Source: Candidatus Kapaibacterium sp. (lineage in GTDB: Bacteria; Bacteroidota; Ignavibacteria; Kapaibacteriales; Kapaibacteriaceae). From it: a stretch of DNA of 64,000 nt. Below the pieces are notes generated by a model. The model was not told the origin of the DNA. It did no database searches and saw only the letters and a list, made by a program, of their open reading frames with translations. The translations under genes and the position numbers were made by a program. Numbering within the stretch: position 1 is the stretch's first letter; every line of letters starts with the position of its first letter. The stretch lies in the NCBI GenBank assembly GCA_044224925.1, contig JBGAJM010000001.1, positions 113,021 through 177,020 of the forward strand, read 5' to 3'. Positions 17,334-27,476 of this stretch are shown piece by piece.

Positions 17334-19316
17334 TCAGCGACGTGGTGTTTCCACGATCACTTGAACGGTGCGCGAGAGTTGACGTCCGATGGGCATGTCG
17401 TTGGTGAAGATCTGTCGTGTCTCACCAACGCCCGATGCTGTGATGCTCGCGTCCTTTGCCCGAGATGCTAAGAACACGCGAACTGACTCTGCACGTTCCC
17501 GAGAGAGCTTGGCGTTGTAGTCGTCGTTGCCGATCCGGTCCGTATAGCCGATGATGGCCACCTTCGAATTGGACTTGATGGAGGGCAACACCATTTGTTC
17601 GAGGATGCGTTGATTGTCTTCGTTGATGGTGGACTTGTCGAAGTCGAAGAGGATGAGCGAGTACTTGTCGATGGTGCGGTCCGGAAGATTCTCGGTGCGC
17701 TTCTTCACGCTCGAGATATAGTCCACGGGGATCGAGCCACTCACACGTTGCGTGTCGCCTTCGACGGTCGACGCTGTGAACTCATAGTCGATGGGCACTT
17801 GCGCGGCCGAGAGCTCATTTGGCTTGATGGCCCATGTAAGCGCGCCCGGACGTCCTGCGCCGCGCAGGTCACGCAATGTGCGACCTGCTTGACCGATGTG
17901 CATCTGCCAACCGTTGAGCGAGTCCGACGTGGTGATCTTCGTGTGGAAGGCGATCACGTCGGGTGTTGCAATGCGCTGATTGTCGGCCGTGATCGTGAGC
18001 GGCGTGAGTACATCGGGCACGTTGCTCCTGAATTCGATGCGACGGTTCTCGGCAACACCGTCGGGATCGTTGCTGGTCGAGGGTCGTGCAGGAAGGGCAG
18101 ATGTGGTCGTGCTGATCCTGTCGGCCGCGATGTTGAAGGCCGTCACGAGATACGTCTTGGCAAAGTTCGCGCGTTGCGCTGCCAGGTCCTTCGTCTTCCC
18201 TTCCGCCTTGCCATCGGTGGTGCCGATGATGGTGAGCGTTGCCTGCGGATACTTGCGCATCCGTGCGCCAATGATGTTGAGCGTATTGCGATTCACTTCG
18301 ATGGCATCGAGCGGAAGTCCTTCGGGATTGAACTCGCCCTTCTCGGGGGCGATGCCGAGCATCTGCATGTCATCGGACGGTTCGCTCTTGTTCTCTTCGC
18401 AGAACACGTACGGGATCATGGGGAACATTTCGTTGTAGCGAACATCTTCGACGTTCACCACGGAAACGGGCTGCTCGCGACCGTCGCGATCGTAGGCCAC
18501 GATCTTTTCCATTTCCACCGAGAAGCCGCGCTTCGCTTCGGACGGCGGCTCGACAGGAGGGGCAATGGCGAAGAAGATGTTCACGCTCAGGCGGATCTGG
18601 CCGACCTTCCACGGGGTGAAGTTCGGGTCGGACGAGACGTTCGTGAGGGGCAGACGATACGTGAGCTCAGGCTGCAGATAGAACTTCTCGGAGAGCTTCA
18701 TGGTGTATCCCAGACCAAGCATCAGCGCGGCGCGCATGGTGGTGTTCGGGACCTCCCGTCCGTCCGGCAGATTGAGTGTCACGGCCGAGTCGCCATTGGG
18801 CAGCGACTTCTTATAGGCCATCGTTTGCGAGAGACTTGACGAAAGGGGAATGCCGAATTCGAGACCAACGAGCGGATGCAGACTGATACCCGAGAAGAGA
18901 TTGTAGAACTCCACACCGGGCGTGAACTCCAGAAGCGACGTGGATCCGGAGATGCTGTGCTGGATGGTGCCGCCATCTGTGGTGTTCTGTGTGGCCGTGC
19001 TGGACGAGTTGATGTTGTTGTAGCCGAGGCGACCGGTGAAGTGAATCGTCGAGGTGATCGGGAAGCCACCGATCAGACCGAAGGTCCCCGCCAACGTCGT
19101 GCTTCCATTCGCAAAGGAGAGCGAGTCGTTGACGTGCGATCCGAGTTGACCGCTCGTGAAATACGGGGAATTCCAGATCTTGCCGTTCATCGAGCTCATG
19201 TCGATCCCGAGTCCGCCATACAAGCCGATGCGTGCGGGGGGAATGACGTTTTCTTGAGCGATGGAGGACCGGACAAAGCAGAGAAGGGCCGCGAGGGCAA
19301 GGAGGGTTCGATTCAT
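17334..19316 (-). CDS. outer-membrane protein: N-terminal beta-barrel plus two OmpA-like peptidoglycan-binding domains
   Basis: Internal start at MNRTLLALAALLCFVRSSIAQ (signal peptide). The track ORF is N-terminally extended. Two OmpA-family segments are present (IIGTTDGKAEG...NRRIEF and IIGYTDRIGNDDYNAKLSRERAESV). Paralog of 22285..24288. Confidence 0.75.
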   Translation of the reverse strand: MNRTLLALAALLCFVRSSIAQENVIPPARIGLYGGLGIDMSSMNGKIWNSPYFTSGQLGSHVNDSLSFANGSTTLAGTFGLIGGFPITSTIHFTGRLGYNNINSSSTATQNTTDGGTIQHSISGSTSLLEFTPGVEFYNLFSGISLHPLVGLEFGIPLSSSLSQTMAYKKSLPNGDSAVTLNLPDGREVPNTTMRAALMLGLGYTMKLSEKFYLQPELTYRLPLTNVSSDPNFTPWKVGQIRLSVNIFFAIAPPVEPPSEAKRGFSVEMEKIVAYDRDGREQPVSVVNVEDVRYNEMFPMIPYVFCEENKSEPSDDMQMLGIAPEKGEFNPEGLPLDAIEVNRNTLNIIGARMRKYPQATLTIIGTTDGKAEGKTKDLAAQRANFAKTYLVTAFNIAADRISTTTSALPARPSTSNDPDGVAENRRIEFRSNVPDVLTPLTITADNQRIATPDVIAFHTKITTSDSLNGWQMHIGQAGRTLRDLRGAGRPGALTWAIKPNELSAAQVPIDYEFTASTVEGDTQRVSGSIPVDYISSVKKRTENLPDRTIDKYSLILFDFDKSTINEDNQRILEQMVLPSIKSNSKVAIIGYTDRIGNDDYNAKLSRERAESVRVFLASRAKDASITASGVGETRQIFTNDMPIGRQLSRTVQVIVETPRR

Positions 19317-19389
19317 GATGCAAAAATACCTTTTTCGCCGCTTCTGCGTCAGTGGAACATTCTTGGCATTCATTCGTTGGACGCGCACC

Positions 19390-20073
19390 ATGAACAACAT
19401 ATCCTCGCTCCTCGCCACCGTTCTTCTCTCATCCGTTCTTGTTGCAATGCCCATGCGTGCAGCAGACGGCGGATCGCCCGAAGGATTGAAGATCGGCGCA
19501 ACATTCGGTGTTGCCACCCCCAGCGATAAGATCGCCGACGTCTACGATTTCAACAACTCGGTCTCCGGCATGTACTCCGATGCATCGGCCATTGGCATGA
19601 GCCTCGGCGCCCGCTTCCGCTATGGAATGACGGAGCATCTGAGCTTCTGTGGCGGGATCGCCTACAACCGGTTCAATAACTCCGCACAAACGGCCACCAT
19701 CAGTGGCACCGGACAGACCTTTGTGGTGAACACGGCCACGAACATCATTCCGATCCATGCCGGTTTCGATTACTTCCTTCTCTCGTCGCTCATCCGTCCC
19801 TATGTTGGTGCAGAGCTCATGTACACGTATACGAGCACGACGATGATCTCCTCCACGGACGAATCCATTTTGACGTCGATCCTTGTTCCCGGACAGGAAC
19901 TCGAACCCAAGGTGTCGCGCTTTGGCGCAGGCCTGAGCGCAGGACTGGAACTGAACCTTGGTGGCCTGGCCCCGTTCTTCGAAGTGAAGTATGTGATGAG
20001 CAATCTTGTGGGTAAGACCACAGGAGAACCGGAGCGCAACTATCTGAACGTTACGCTCGGTCTGATGTTCTGA
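19390..20073 (+). CDS. small outer-membrane beta-barrel protein (OmpW/OmpA-TM-like)
   Basis: Signal peptide MNNISSLLATVLLSSVLVAMPMRA. Alternating amphipathic strands. C-terminal Phe (TLGLMF) is typical of OMP barrels. The start was moved to the internal Met. Confidence 0.55.
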   Translation: MNNISSLLATVLLSSVLVAMPMRAADGGSPEGLKIGATFGVATPSDKIADVYDFNNSVSGMYSDASAIGMSLGARFRYGMTEHLSFCGGIAYNRFNNSAQTATISGTGQTFVVNTATNIIPIHAGFDYFLLSSLIRPYVGAELMYTYTSTTMISSTDESILTSILVPGQELEPKVSRFGAGLSAGLELNLGGLAPFFEVKYVMSNLVGKTTGEPERNYLNVTLGLMF

Positions 20074-21508
20074 CGCGTTTGAACAGCCAATAGAACGGCA
20101 CGCCGGTCAGCAGCAGCACGGCACCGTACACCGTATTCAAGATCGGTTCTTCCCCAAGGGCCGATCTTGTGTTGTAATTATCCACGTCGGCCCAGATACT
20201 GAAGACCAGAAAGACCAAGGCGAACGTGATGAAGATGATGGGAACCCAAGGGTAGCCCCACACTTTGTACGGACGTGGTGCATCCGGCATGCGCTTGCGC
20301 AAGATGAACACGCCATAGGCCCCGAGTGCATAGAAGGCCCAGCTCACGAAGATGAGCATCTCCGTCAGCATATCGAACGTCCCCGTGAAGATCAACACAC
20401 ACGTCCACACACACTGCCAGATCAGGGAGCGGGAGGGAGTATGGAAGCGAGGGTGGACGTGGCCGACGGACCGAAAGAACATCTTCTCCTTGGCCATGGC
20501 ATAGTATACGCGCGAGCTCACAAGGATGGTGCCGTTCGAGGTGCCGAGTGTGGCCACCATCACGGCAATGCTCACGAAGGTGAGTCCCCATGCTCCAACG
20601 GAACGCAGCGCCGTATCCGCTGCAACACTTTGCGACGTGGCCATCTGATCGATGGGCATCACATAGAGATAGGCAAGATTGATCAGGATGTACACCACGA
20701 TCACTGTTCCGGTGCCGATCATCAAAGCCTTCGGTATGGTCTTCTGCGGCTCGCGGATCTCGCCCGCCACATAGGTGATGTTGTTCCATCCGTCGTAGGC
20801 CCAGAGCGCCTTGTTCATGGTAAGGACAATGGCGGCGAGGAGGGCCATGCCAATGGGTGGACCCGTCGTAGCGTCGAGCGTGAAGTGGGCCACGGAACCC
20901 GAGCCGAAGGCAAAGGCGCAGAACACGAGGAAGAGAATGGCCGCTACCTTGGCCACGGTGAAGAATCCTTGCACCCTGCCGCCTTCCCGCACTCCAAGGT
21001 AGTTCACCACGGTGAGCAGGATCACAATGCTGCAGGTGAGCAGCTTGATGCCGATCTCCTGTAGTGGATAGATGGTGCCAAAGGGAAGTCGAAGGGCGAT
21101 GGACGTGGCCACGTCGGGCGGGAACTCGGGCAAGGGCCACAACGTGTGGAAGTAGTAGCTGAAGACGTAGGTGATGGAGGCGATGCTGCCGCTCTGGATC
21201 ACGGCGAAGAGGGCCCAACCGTAGAGATATGCGGTGAAGTCGCCATACATGGTGCGGAAGTACTGGTACTGTCCGCCCGTTGCCGGAATGATGCTCGTGA
21301 CCTCTGCATTCGTGAGTGCGCCGAACACCGTGACGAGTCCGGCACCGACCCACACCAGTAGCAGGATCTCCGGCGAGCGGACAAGGGCAGCCATGGATGC
21401 GGGGTTCTTGAAGATCCCGGAGCCGATGATCCCACCGACCACGAGTGCCGTGGTGGTGAAGAGGCCAAGGGTGGGAAGGAGCGAGGCGGAAGATCGTGCG
21501 TCGGACAT
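20051..21508 (-). CDS. amino acid permease (APC superfamily)
   Basis: 486-aa protein with about 12 predicted TM segments and an APC-family pattern (GSGIFKNPASM, GAEVTSIIPATGGQYQYF). The track ORF 20051..22312 is N-terminally extended by about 268 codons of antisense read-through of the LysE gene, so the start was moved to MSDARSSAS at 21508. Confidence 0.8.
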   Translation of the reverse strand: MSDARSSASLLPTLGLFTTTALVVGGIIGSGIFKNPASMAALVRSPEILLLVWVGAGLVTVFGALTNAEVTSIIPATGGQYQYFRTMYGDFTAYLYGWALFAVIQSGSIASITYVFSYYFHTLWPLPEFPPDVATSIALRLPFGTIYPLQEIGIKLLTCSIVILLTVVNYLGVREGGRVQGFFTVAKVAAILFLVFCAFAFGSGSVAHFTLDATTGPPIGMALLAAIVLTMNKALWAYDGWNNITYVAGEIREPQKTIPKALMIGTGTVIVVYILINLAYLYVMPIDQMATSQSVAADTALRSVGAWGLTFVSIAVMVATLGTSNGTILVSSRVYYAMAKEKMFFRSVGHVHPRFHTPSRSLIWQCVWTCVLIFTGTFDMLTEMLIFVSWAFYALGAYGVFILRKRMPDAPRPYKVWGYPWVPIIFITFALVFLVFSIWADVDNYNTRSALGEEPILNTVYGAVLLLTGVPFYWLFKRVRTSDRA

Positions 21509-21544
21509 AGCGCCCAAGATAGATGCATTTTTGTAGATTATCAC

Positions 21545-22258
21545 ATGCTCCTCGCCCTCATTCTCGGTGCTGTGATCGGTTACGTCCTGGCAATCCCGCC
21601 CGGACCCATTGGTATGGCATCTATTCGCACGGGTGTGAACGACGGATGGCGTCAGGCCATGAAGCTCGCCATCGGAGCGGGCATCTTCGATCTGCTCTAT
21701 TGCGCCTTGGCCATGATGGCCACGTCGGCCATTGTTGGGATGATGGATGAATGGGGCACACAATGGCCACTCTTCCGACCCGGCTTTCAGGTGCTCGTCG
21801 TCGTGCTCATGATCGTCTTCGGTGTGCATCAGATGCGCGTGAAAGCGCCCGAAGCACGCCTCGTTCCGAGCAAGCGCGCGGGGTCCATCGTGTCGAAGGC
21901 GGCATCGCACGGACCGTTCTTTGTGGGCGTGGGGTTTGCCGTGGCGAACCTTGCCAATCCGACCTTCATCCCGTCGTTGGCCGCCATGACGGCCTTCGTG
22001 CAGAAGAGCGACCTCTACGAATCGACCGTGTTGAGTAACGTTGCCTTCTCTGTGGGGTTTGGCGTTGGCAATGTGCTTTGGCTGTTCACGCTCGTGCGCA
22101 TCGTTCTGGCCTTTCGTGAACGCATGACGCCGATGTTCATCAAGCGCATTCAGCAGATCTCCGGTGCCACACTCATCGGATTCGGCACGTTCTATGGTGT
22201 TCGCGTCTTGGTCATCACGAAATGGGCAGATCTTTTTCGACTGGCATTTGCCATCTAA
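21545..22258 (+). CDS. LysE/RhtB-family amino acid exporter
   Basis: 237-aa membrane protein with the N-terminal IPPGPIGM motif of LysE-type translocators and 6 predicted TM helices. Divergent from the permease. Confidence 0.7.
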   Translation: MLLALILGAVIGYVLAIPPGPIGMASIRTGVNDGWRQAMKLAIGAGIFDLLYCALAMMATSAIVGMMDEWGTQWPLFRPGFQVLVVVLMIVFGVHQMRVKAPEARLVPSKRAGSIVSKAASHGPFFVGVGFAVANLANPTFIPSLAAMTAFVQKSDLYESTVLSNVAFSVGFGVGNVLWLFTLVRIVLAFRERMTPMFIKRIQQISGATLIGFGTFYGVRVLVITKWADLFRLAFAI

Positions 22259-22284
22259 GTGCGCAGTAGCACTCGGAATCCTCC

Positions 22285-24288
22285 ATGCATCGTTCGTTCC
22301 GGCTTTGTACATCGATCATCGTCTTCCTGATTGCGGCCGTGCTGTCGGCGCAACCACCCATCATCGGTATCACCGGTGGGTACCACTACATCTGGAACAC
22401 ATCCCAGATGCCCATCCTGGCGGGTTCCACGGACTGTGGCACGTTTGAGAGCGGTACGTCCAACGGGTTCTTTGGCGGTCTGACCTTTGGGTATCCGTTC
22501 CTTGACGGACTCTTCGAAGCCTCGGCCGCCGTGATGTATTCATCCCGTCCCGCCACGCTCACGGCACGCAGTGCCGATAATGCACAAGTGCTCGATCCCG
22601 TCACCAATACCTACGTTCCCTTCGTGCGTGACCATGTCTACGAGGCCTCGCTTGGCTACGTGATGGTCGACCTCGGCATTCGCATCCGTCCGGTGGCAGA
22701 CCTTCCGTTCTACCTTCGCGTTGGTGGCGATGCGGGGAATCCGATCGTCGCGTCGACGTTCACGCAAACGGAACAGGTGGTCTCTCCGGAGAGTGTGTTG
22801 TTCCCGGGTGGACTCAAGCAGCGCGTCGTCGGCTCGGGCGACATTCCGCAAACGAACACATCGTATGGTGTGAGTGGAACACTCGGTGCAGAGTTCATGC
22901 TCTCGAAGAACGTGTCCATCGCACCCGAGATCTCGTACCGACGGGGATTGAACTCCATTGCCAAGAACACGGAGTGGACGCAGTCGTTCGCATCGGGCGG
23001 CATTCATCTGCGCTATCGTCTCGACTTCGACGAGGAGGTGCCCCCGCCGCCTCCACCCCCTCCACCGCCTCCTCCTCCCGTCGAAGCGCCTCCACCTCCG
23101 CCACCGCCTGTGGTGGCCGCCGTGGTCGTGCCTCCGGTGCTCATTCAGTCGCTCACCACCCAACCGCTCGAGATCAACGAGACGGTGGTCACGCAGACGT
23201 TCCCGTTGCTGCCATATCTGTTCTTCGATTCGGCATCGGCGGCCGTGCGCTCGCGGTACGTGAGCACGGAGTCGACGCAGACCTTCTCCGAACAAGCACT
23301 GCCAAAGCAGACGTTGCCGATCTACTATCGCATGCTCGACATCGTAGGCAAGCGCATGGCCACGTCACGCGCAACTCTCGTGGTGACCGGTACCACAGAT
23401 GGAATGGAAGGCGGCACGGCGGAAGGGCGGAAGAAGTTGGCCGAAGACAGGGCCAAGGCCGTTGTCGACGTGATGCGCCGCCGTTGGGGACTCGACGCCT
23501 CGCGCTTCGTGATCCGCGCCGTGGAGAAGCCAACGGTCTCGTCGAACGATGCCTATGCCGAAGGCGTGGCCGAGAATCGCAAGGTGGAGCTCTCCAGTGC
23601 CGATCCGGCGCTGCTGGCACCGGTGGTGCATACGCGGTTCAACGAGTATGTGCCGGTGCAGCGCCGACATGATTTCAGCGTAGCTGTAAAGAATCCGGAA
23701 CTCGCGGGTTCATGGACGCTGAACGTCCGACGTGCGGGCGTGCTGCTGGGAACCAAGCAGGGGACCGGGCAGCCACCGTCGACGGTCACGTTCGATCTCA
23801 CGCAGGAGATCACGGACAAGATCGGTCCGCTCATGGGACAAAGCGATACGCTCGAGGCAACGATGACCATTCTGCAGACAAGCGGAGAGCCCGTTGAGTC
23901 GGTTCGACGCTTCGCCGTGAACAAGTCGGTCAGTACGTACGAAGTGAGTAGATTGAGTCTGATCGTGTTCGACTTCGACCAGAGCACCATTTCGGATGTG
24001 AATCGCGACATGATGAAGAAGGTGATCGCCTCGTCGGCACAGCCTACGAGCGTGGCCACCATCAAGGGATCGACGGACAAGCTTGGAGAGCTTGCGCATA
24101 ACATGGACCTCTCGGCGGCGCGTGCACGAGCAGTGGAACAGTATCTGCGAACGACAGCGCCATTTGTGAAGATCGAGTCGGTGACCGGCATTGGTCCTTC
24201 CGAATTGCCCTACGACAATTCATTGCCCGAAGGCCGGTACTACTGTCGAACGGTTTCGTTGTTCATTAAAACGCCAATACTTCGATGA
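22285..24288 (+). CDS. outer-membrane protein: beta-barrel, poly-proline linker and two OmpA-like domains
   Basis: Signal peptide MHRSFRLCTSIIVFLIAAVLSAQ, then a linker PPPPPPPPPPPPPVEAPPPPPPPVV. OmpA-like segments are present (TGTTDGMEGGTAEGRKKLAEDRAKAV...ENRKVEL and KGSTDKLGELAHNMDLSAARARAVEQYL). The gap to the DUF1800 gene downstream is 18 bp. Confidence 0.75.
   Translation: MHRSFRLCTSIIVFLIAAVLSAQPPIIGITGGYHYIWNTSQMPILAGSTDCGTFESGTSNGFFGGLTFGYPFLDGLFEASAAVMYSSRPATLTARSADNAQVLDPVTNTYVPFVRDHVYEASLGYVMVDLGIRIRPVADLPFYLRVGGDAGNPIVASTFTQTEQVVSPESVLFPGGLKQRVVGSGDIPQTNTSYGVSGTLGAEFMLSKNVSIAPEISYRRGLNSIAKNTEWTQSFASGGIHLRYRLDFDEEVPPPPPPPPPPPPPVEAPPPPPPPVVAAVVVPPVLIQSLTTQPLEINETVVTQTFPLLPYLFFDSASAAVRSRYVSTESTQTFSEQALPKQTLPIYYRMLDIVGKRMATSRATLVVTGTTDGMEGGTAEGRKKLAEDRAKAVVDVMRRRWGLDASRFVIRAVEKPTVSSNDAYAEGVAENRKVELSSADPALLAPVVHTRFNEYVPVQRRHDFSVAVKNPELAGSWTLNVRRAGVLLGTKQGTGQPPSTVTFDLTQEITDKIGPLMGQSDTLEATMTILQTSGEPVESVRRFAVNKSVSTYEVSRLSLIVFDFDQSTISDVNRDMMKKVIASSAQPTSVATIKGSTDKLGELAHNMDLSAARARAVEQYLRTTAPFVKIESVTGIGPSELPYDNSLPEGRYYCRTVSLFIKTPILR
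23041..23110 (+). repeat. CCN-rich low-complexity tract encoding the poly-proline linker of the OmpA-like protein
   Basis: cccccgccgcctccaccccctccaccgcctcctcctccc...cctccacctccgccaccgcct. A simple-sequence tract prone to length variation. Confidence 0.8.
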
Positions 24289-24306
24289 ACTCACTATCCA
24301 AAGGGT

Positions 24307-25878
24307 GTGCCCATGAATAGGCGAGAGCTCTTCACGAGCTTACTCCGATCGAGCGCACAACGACAATCGATCGACGGTCCACCACTCGTGACCGCAACAG
24401 GAGTGGAACCCTATACATCGCCACTGACGCTCGACGAGGTCTACCACCTCTTGCGCAGACTTGGCTTCGGAGCAACGGTCCAGCAGGCCGCGGGCTATGT
24501 TGGCAAGACGGCCGACGTGGTCGTGGAGGAACTCCTCGGATCCAATACCGAAACGGAACCGGCCAAGCCGGGAACGTGGGTGGATGCGGTGACGGAGAAT
24601 CCTGCGGGAGCCGACCTGCAAACGCGAGGCTCCATTTGGTCGGCCTGGCGTTCCAACATGGCGGCCTTCTCGAACTGGTGGCTCAAGGCCATGGCGGCAG
24701 ACACGAAGGCCGTCGAACGCATTACCTCGTTCTGGAACGCACACTTCATTTCCGAGTTCTCCTTTGACTCGGAAACGATGATCCCGCCGCAATCGCTGTA
24801 CCGTCAGTACCTGATGTTCCGCAAGGACCGACTCGCAGACTTCAAGCAATTGGTCCTCGACGTGTCCATCGATAACTCCATGGTCTTCTACCTCGGCGGA
24901 AATCTCAACAAGGTTGGGAAGCCCAACGAGAACTATGCACGCGAGCTCATGGAACTCTTCACCACCGGCATCGGATGGTACACGGAAGGCGATGTGAAAG
25001 AGGCCGCACGTGTGCTCACCGGTTGGAAGTCCGCCTTCTTCAACGACGAGCCGGCGAACAACGGATACTACAGTTCGTACTTCGTTCCGACTGACCACGA
25101 CGCGGGTCAGAAGACCGTCCTGGGTACGTCGATCGCCGCACGCACAGCCGACAACAACACCGAGTATCAAGTGAAGATGGAAGAGGTGTTCAAGCTGGTG
25201 GAGATCATCCACGAAGCGAGACCCGAAGCCGTTTCACGGTTCATCGCGACGAAGCTGTACAAGTTCTTCATCTATGCATCACCCATCGATACGAACACAC
25301 AGTTCGTCGATGATCTCGCAAAGGTGTTCCGCGATAACAACTTCGCCATCCGTCCGATGCTCAAGGCATTGTTCACGAGCTCGCACTTCTTCGATCCTGC
25401 CTTCCGTGGTGCCCAGATCAAGACCCCTATCGAATGTGTGGCCGGTCTCATGCGGCAGCTTGGCGTGACGGTGAACGACGGAGCGTCATGGACGAGCAAG
25501 ATGGATCAGACCATCTACGATGCACCGAACGTTGCAGGATGGCCGGGCTATCACTACTGGATCAGCACGAACACCTATCCGGTGCGTCGGCAGTTCGCAC
25601 GGACGGTGATCATGGCCATGACCGATGCACAGGTGACCGCGTTCATCAAGCAGTTCCCGGACTACACGGACGTGCACAAGTTCACCAAGAACGTGTGTGC
25701 CTATCTGTTGCCACTGCCGCTTTCGAGCGAGCGGTACAAGAACTACGAGAACTCGCTCTTGAGCGGTGCTCCCGATTACGACTGGCCCTCGATCGTCAAC
25801 GATCAGGCAACGGCCGCTGCGCGCGTGCGCAATTTCCTCGTGGCGATCTCCAAGGCGCCCGACTTTCAGCTCTGCTAA
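24307..25878 (+). CDS. DUF1800 family protein (second copy)
   Basis: YHLLRRLGFGATVQQ motif. The N-terminus MNRRELFTSLL has a weak RR motif. Followed 20 bp later by a DUF1501 gene. Confidence 0.85.
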   Translation: MPMNRRELFTSLLRSSAQRQSIDGPPLVTATGVEPYTSPLTLDEVYHLLRRLGFGATVQQAAGYVGKTADVVVEELLGSNTETEPAKPGTWVDAVTENPAGADLQTRGSIWSAWRSNMAAFSNWWLKAMAADTKAVERITSFWNAHFISEFSFDSETMIPPQSLYRQYLMFRKDRLADFKQLVLDVSIDNSMVFYLGGNLNKVGKPNENYARELMELFTTGIGWYTEGDVKEAARVLTGWKSAFFNDEPANNGYYSSYFVPTDHDAGQKTVLGTSIAARTADNNTEYQVKMEEVFKLVEIIHEARPEAVSRFIATKLYKFFIYASPIDTNTQFVDDLAKVFRDNNFAIRPMLKALFTSSHFFDPAFRGAQIKTPIECVAGLMRQLGVTVNDGASWTSKMDQTIYDAPNVAGWPGYHYWISTNTYPVRRQFARTVIMAMTDAQVTAFIKQFPDYTDVHKFTKNVCAYLLPLPLSSERYKNYENSLLSGAPDYDWPSIVNDQATAAARVRNFLVAISKAPDFQLC

Positions 25879-25898
25879 TAACCGAGATGTGGTGAACC

Positions 25899-27473
25899 AT
25901 GAAGCGTCGCAATTTTCTCAAGACAACAGCAGCAGCGGCCGTCGGAACGCAAGTGCTTGGCGGTATCCCGCTGCGCGCCTTCTCTCCGGTGCAGTTGCTC
26001 AACACATTGAATGCGGACGGAGATCAGATCCTGATCGTGATCCAGTTGTTCGGAGGGAACGATGGTCTGAACACGATCATCCCTGCCGACGACTCGGCCT
26101 ATTACGACATCCGACCTGATATCGCCGTTCCGAAGGACAAGACCGTTCCGGTGCTTGGCAAGGTCTACATGCACCCTGCGCTCGATCCGAAGAACACGTA
26201 CAACTTCCGTCGCATGATGGAAGACGGCAGACTTGCCGTGATCCAAGGCGTGGGATATGAGAATCCGAACCTCTCGCACTTCCGCTCCACGGACATCTGG
26301 CTCAGTGGTCTGAATCCGAAGCCGTGGGAAGACACGAAGCTGATCTATGGATGGCTTGGCAACTTCTTTGCCAACACGCAACCGGGGTTCCCGGACGTGC
26401 TGCCACCGGATCCGCTTGCCGTGCAGATCGGCGGATCGCTGTCCATGCTCTTCCAGAGTCCGAAGGGAGATGTGGGCATAGCGTTGACGGATCCGGACAA
26501 GTTCTTTGAACTTGGTCAAGGTCTGTCGCCCGACATGGATCCGATGTCCGATGAAACCTTCTACGGCAAGGAGTTCAACTTCGTACGTCTCGTCGCCGAG
26601 AAGTCCGACTTCTATTCGGCCAGCGTGAAGAATGCCTTCGACAAGGGCAAGAACATGGCCACGTACGATCAGACGAATGGCTTCGTACGTCAGATGCAAC
26701 TCGTTGCACGACTGATCAGCGGTGGACTGAAGTCGAAGGTCTACATGGTCTACATGGGTGGCTTCGATACGCACGTGCAACAACAGAACGTCGACCTCAC
26801 CGGTCTGCATCCCTTCCTCCTTGAATCCCTCTCAAAGGGCGTTGGAACGTTCATGCAGGACATGCTCTTGCAAGGACAGGCAGAACGCATCGTTGGCTAT
26901 ACGGCCTCCGAGTTCGGTCGACGTCCCTACGAGAACGGCTCGCGCGGTACCGATCACGGTGCTTCGTCCGTGCAGTTCGTCTTCGGTAATCGCGTGCGCT
27001 CCGGCGTGTTCGGGAACAACCCTGATCTGAAGAACCTTGATGGCAATGGCGATCTTCGGTATCAGTACGACTTCCGTCGTGTCTATGCCGATGTGATGGA
27101 AACATGGTTCGGTGGTTCGCCCGCCGACACCGAGGCCATCTTCGGTGAGCGGATCCTTCCGCTTGGCGTGCTCACGAATCCTGTGAGTGTGCACGACGCA
27201 TATCGCGGCAACGAACCGGTGAACATCTCGGTGCGCGCCTATCCGAATCCGACAGCATCGATGGCAACGCTCGAATGGCAGCAGGCCGTGCCGGCATCGG
27301 TGAGCGTGGAACTCTACAGCACCGAAGGTCGCTACGTCGAACGTGTCTTTACCGGCAATGTGGATGTTGGCACGGTGCGCATGCCGATCAAGGCAACAAC
27401 GTCGGGCGTGTACGAATGTGTGGTCACGGTCAATGGCTTGCGGAACGTTGTTCCTGTAGCATTCTTGCGATAA
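25899..27473 (+). CDS. DUF1501 family protein with a Tat signal and a T9SS C-terminal domain (second copy)
   Basis: MKRRNFLKTTAAAAVG carries the consensus Tat motif RRNFLK. FGGNDGLNT motif present. The C-terminus YPNPTASMATLEW...VELYSTEGRYVERVF...SGVYECVVTVNG is a textbook T9SS CTD. Confidence 0.85.
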   Translation: MKRRNFLKTTAAAAVGTQVLGGIPLRAFSPVQLLNTLNADGDQILIVIQLFGGNDGLNTIIPADDSAYYDIRPDIAVPKDKTVPVLGKVYMHPALDPKNTYNFRRMMEDGRLAVIQGVGYENPNLSHFRSTDIWLSGLNPKPWEDTKLIYGWLGNFFANTQPGFPDVLPPDPLAVQIGGSLSMLFQSPKGDVGIALTDPDKFFELGQGLSPDMDPMSDETFYGKEFNFVRLVAEKSDFYSASVKNAFDKGKNMATYDQTNGFVRQMQLVARLISGGLKSKVYMVYMGGFDTHVQQQNVDLTGLHPFLLESLSKGVGTFMQDMLLQGQAERIVGYTASEFGRRPYENGSRGTDHGASSVQFVFGNRVRSGVFGNNPDLKNLDGNGDLRYQYDFRRVYADVMETWFGGSPADTEAIFGERILPLGVLTNPVSVHDAYRGNEPVNISVRAYPNPTASMATLEWQQAVPASVSVELYSTEGRYVERVFTGNVDVGTVRMPIKATTSGVYECVVTVNGLRNVVPVAFLR

Positions 27474-27476
27474 CAC

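Noticed and set aside
20051-22312. N-terminal 268-codon extension of the permease ORF (track gives 753 aa)
   Set aside because: The extension is antisense to the LysE exporter gene and lacks membrane character. The APC permease begins at MSDARSSAS (21508).
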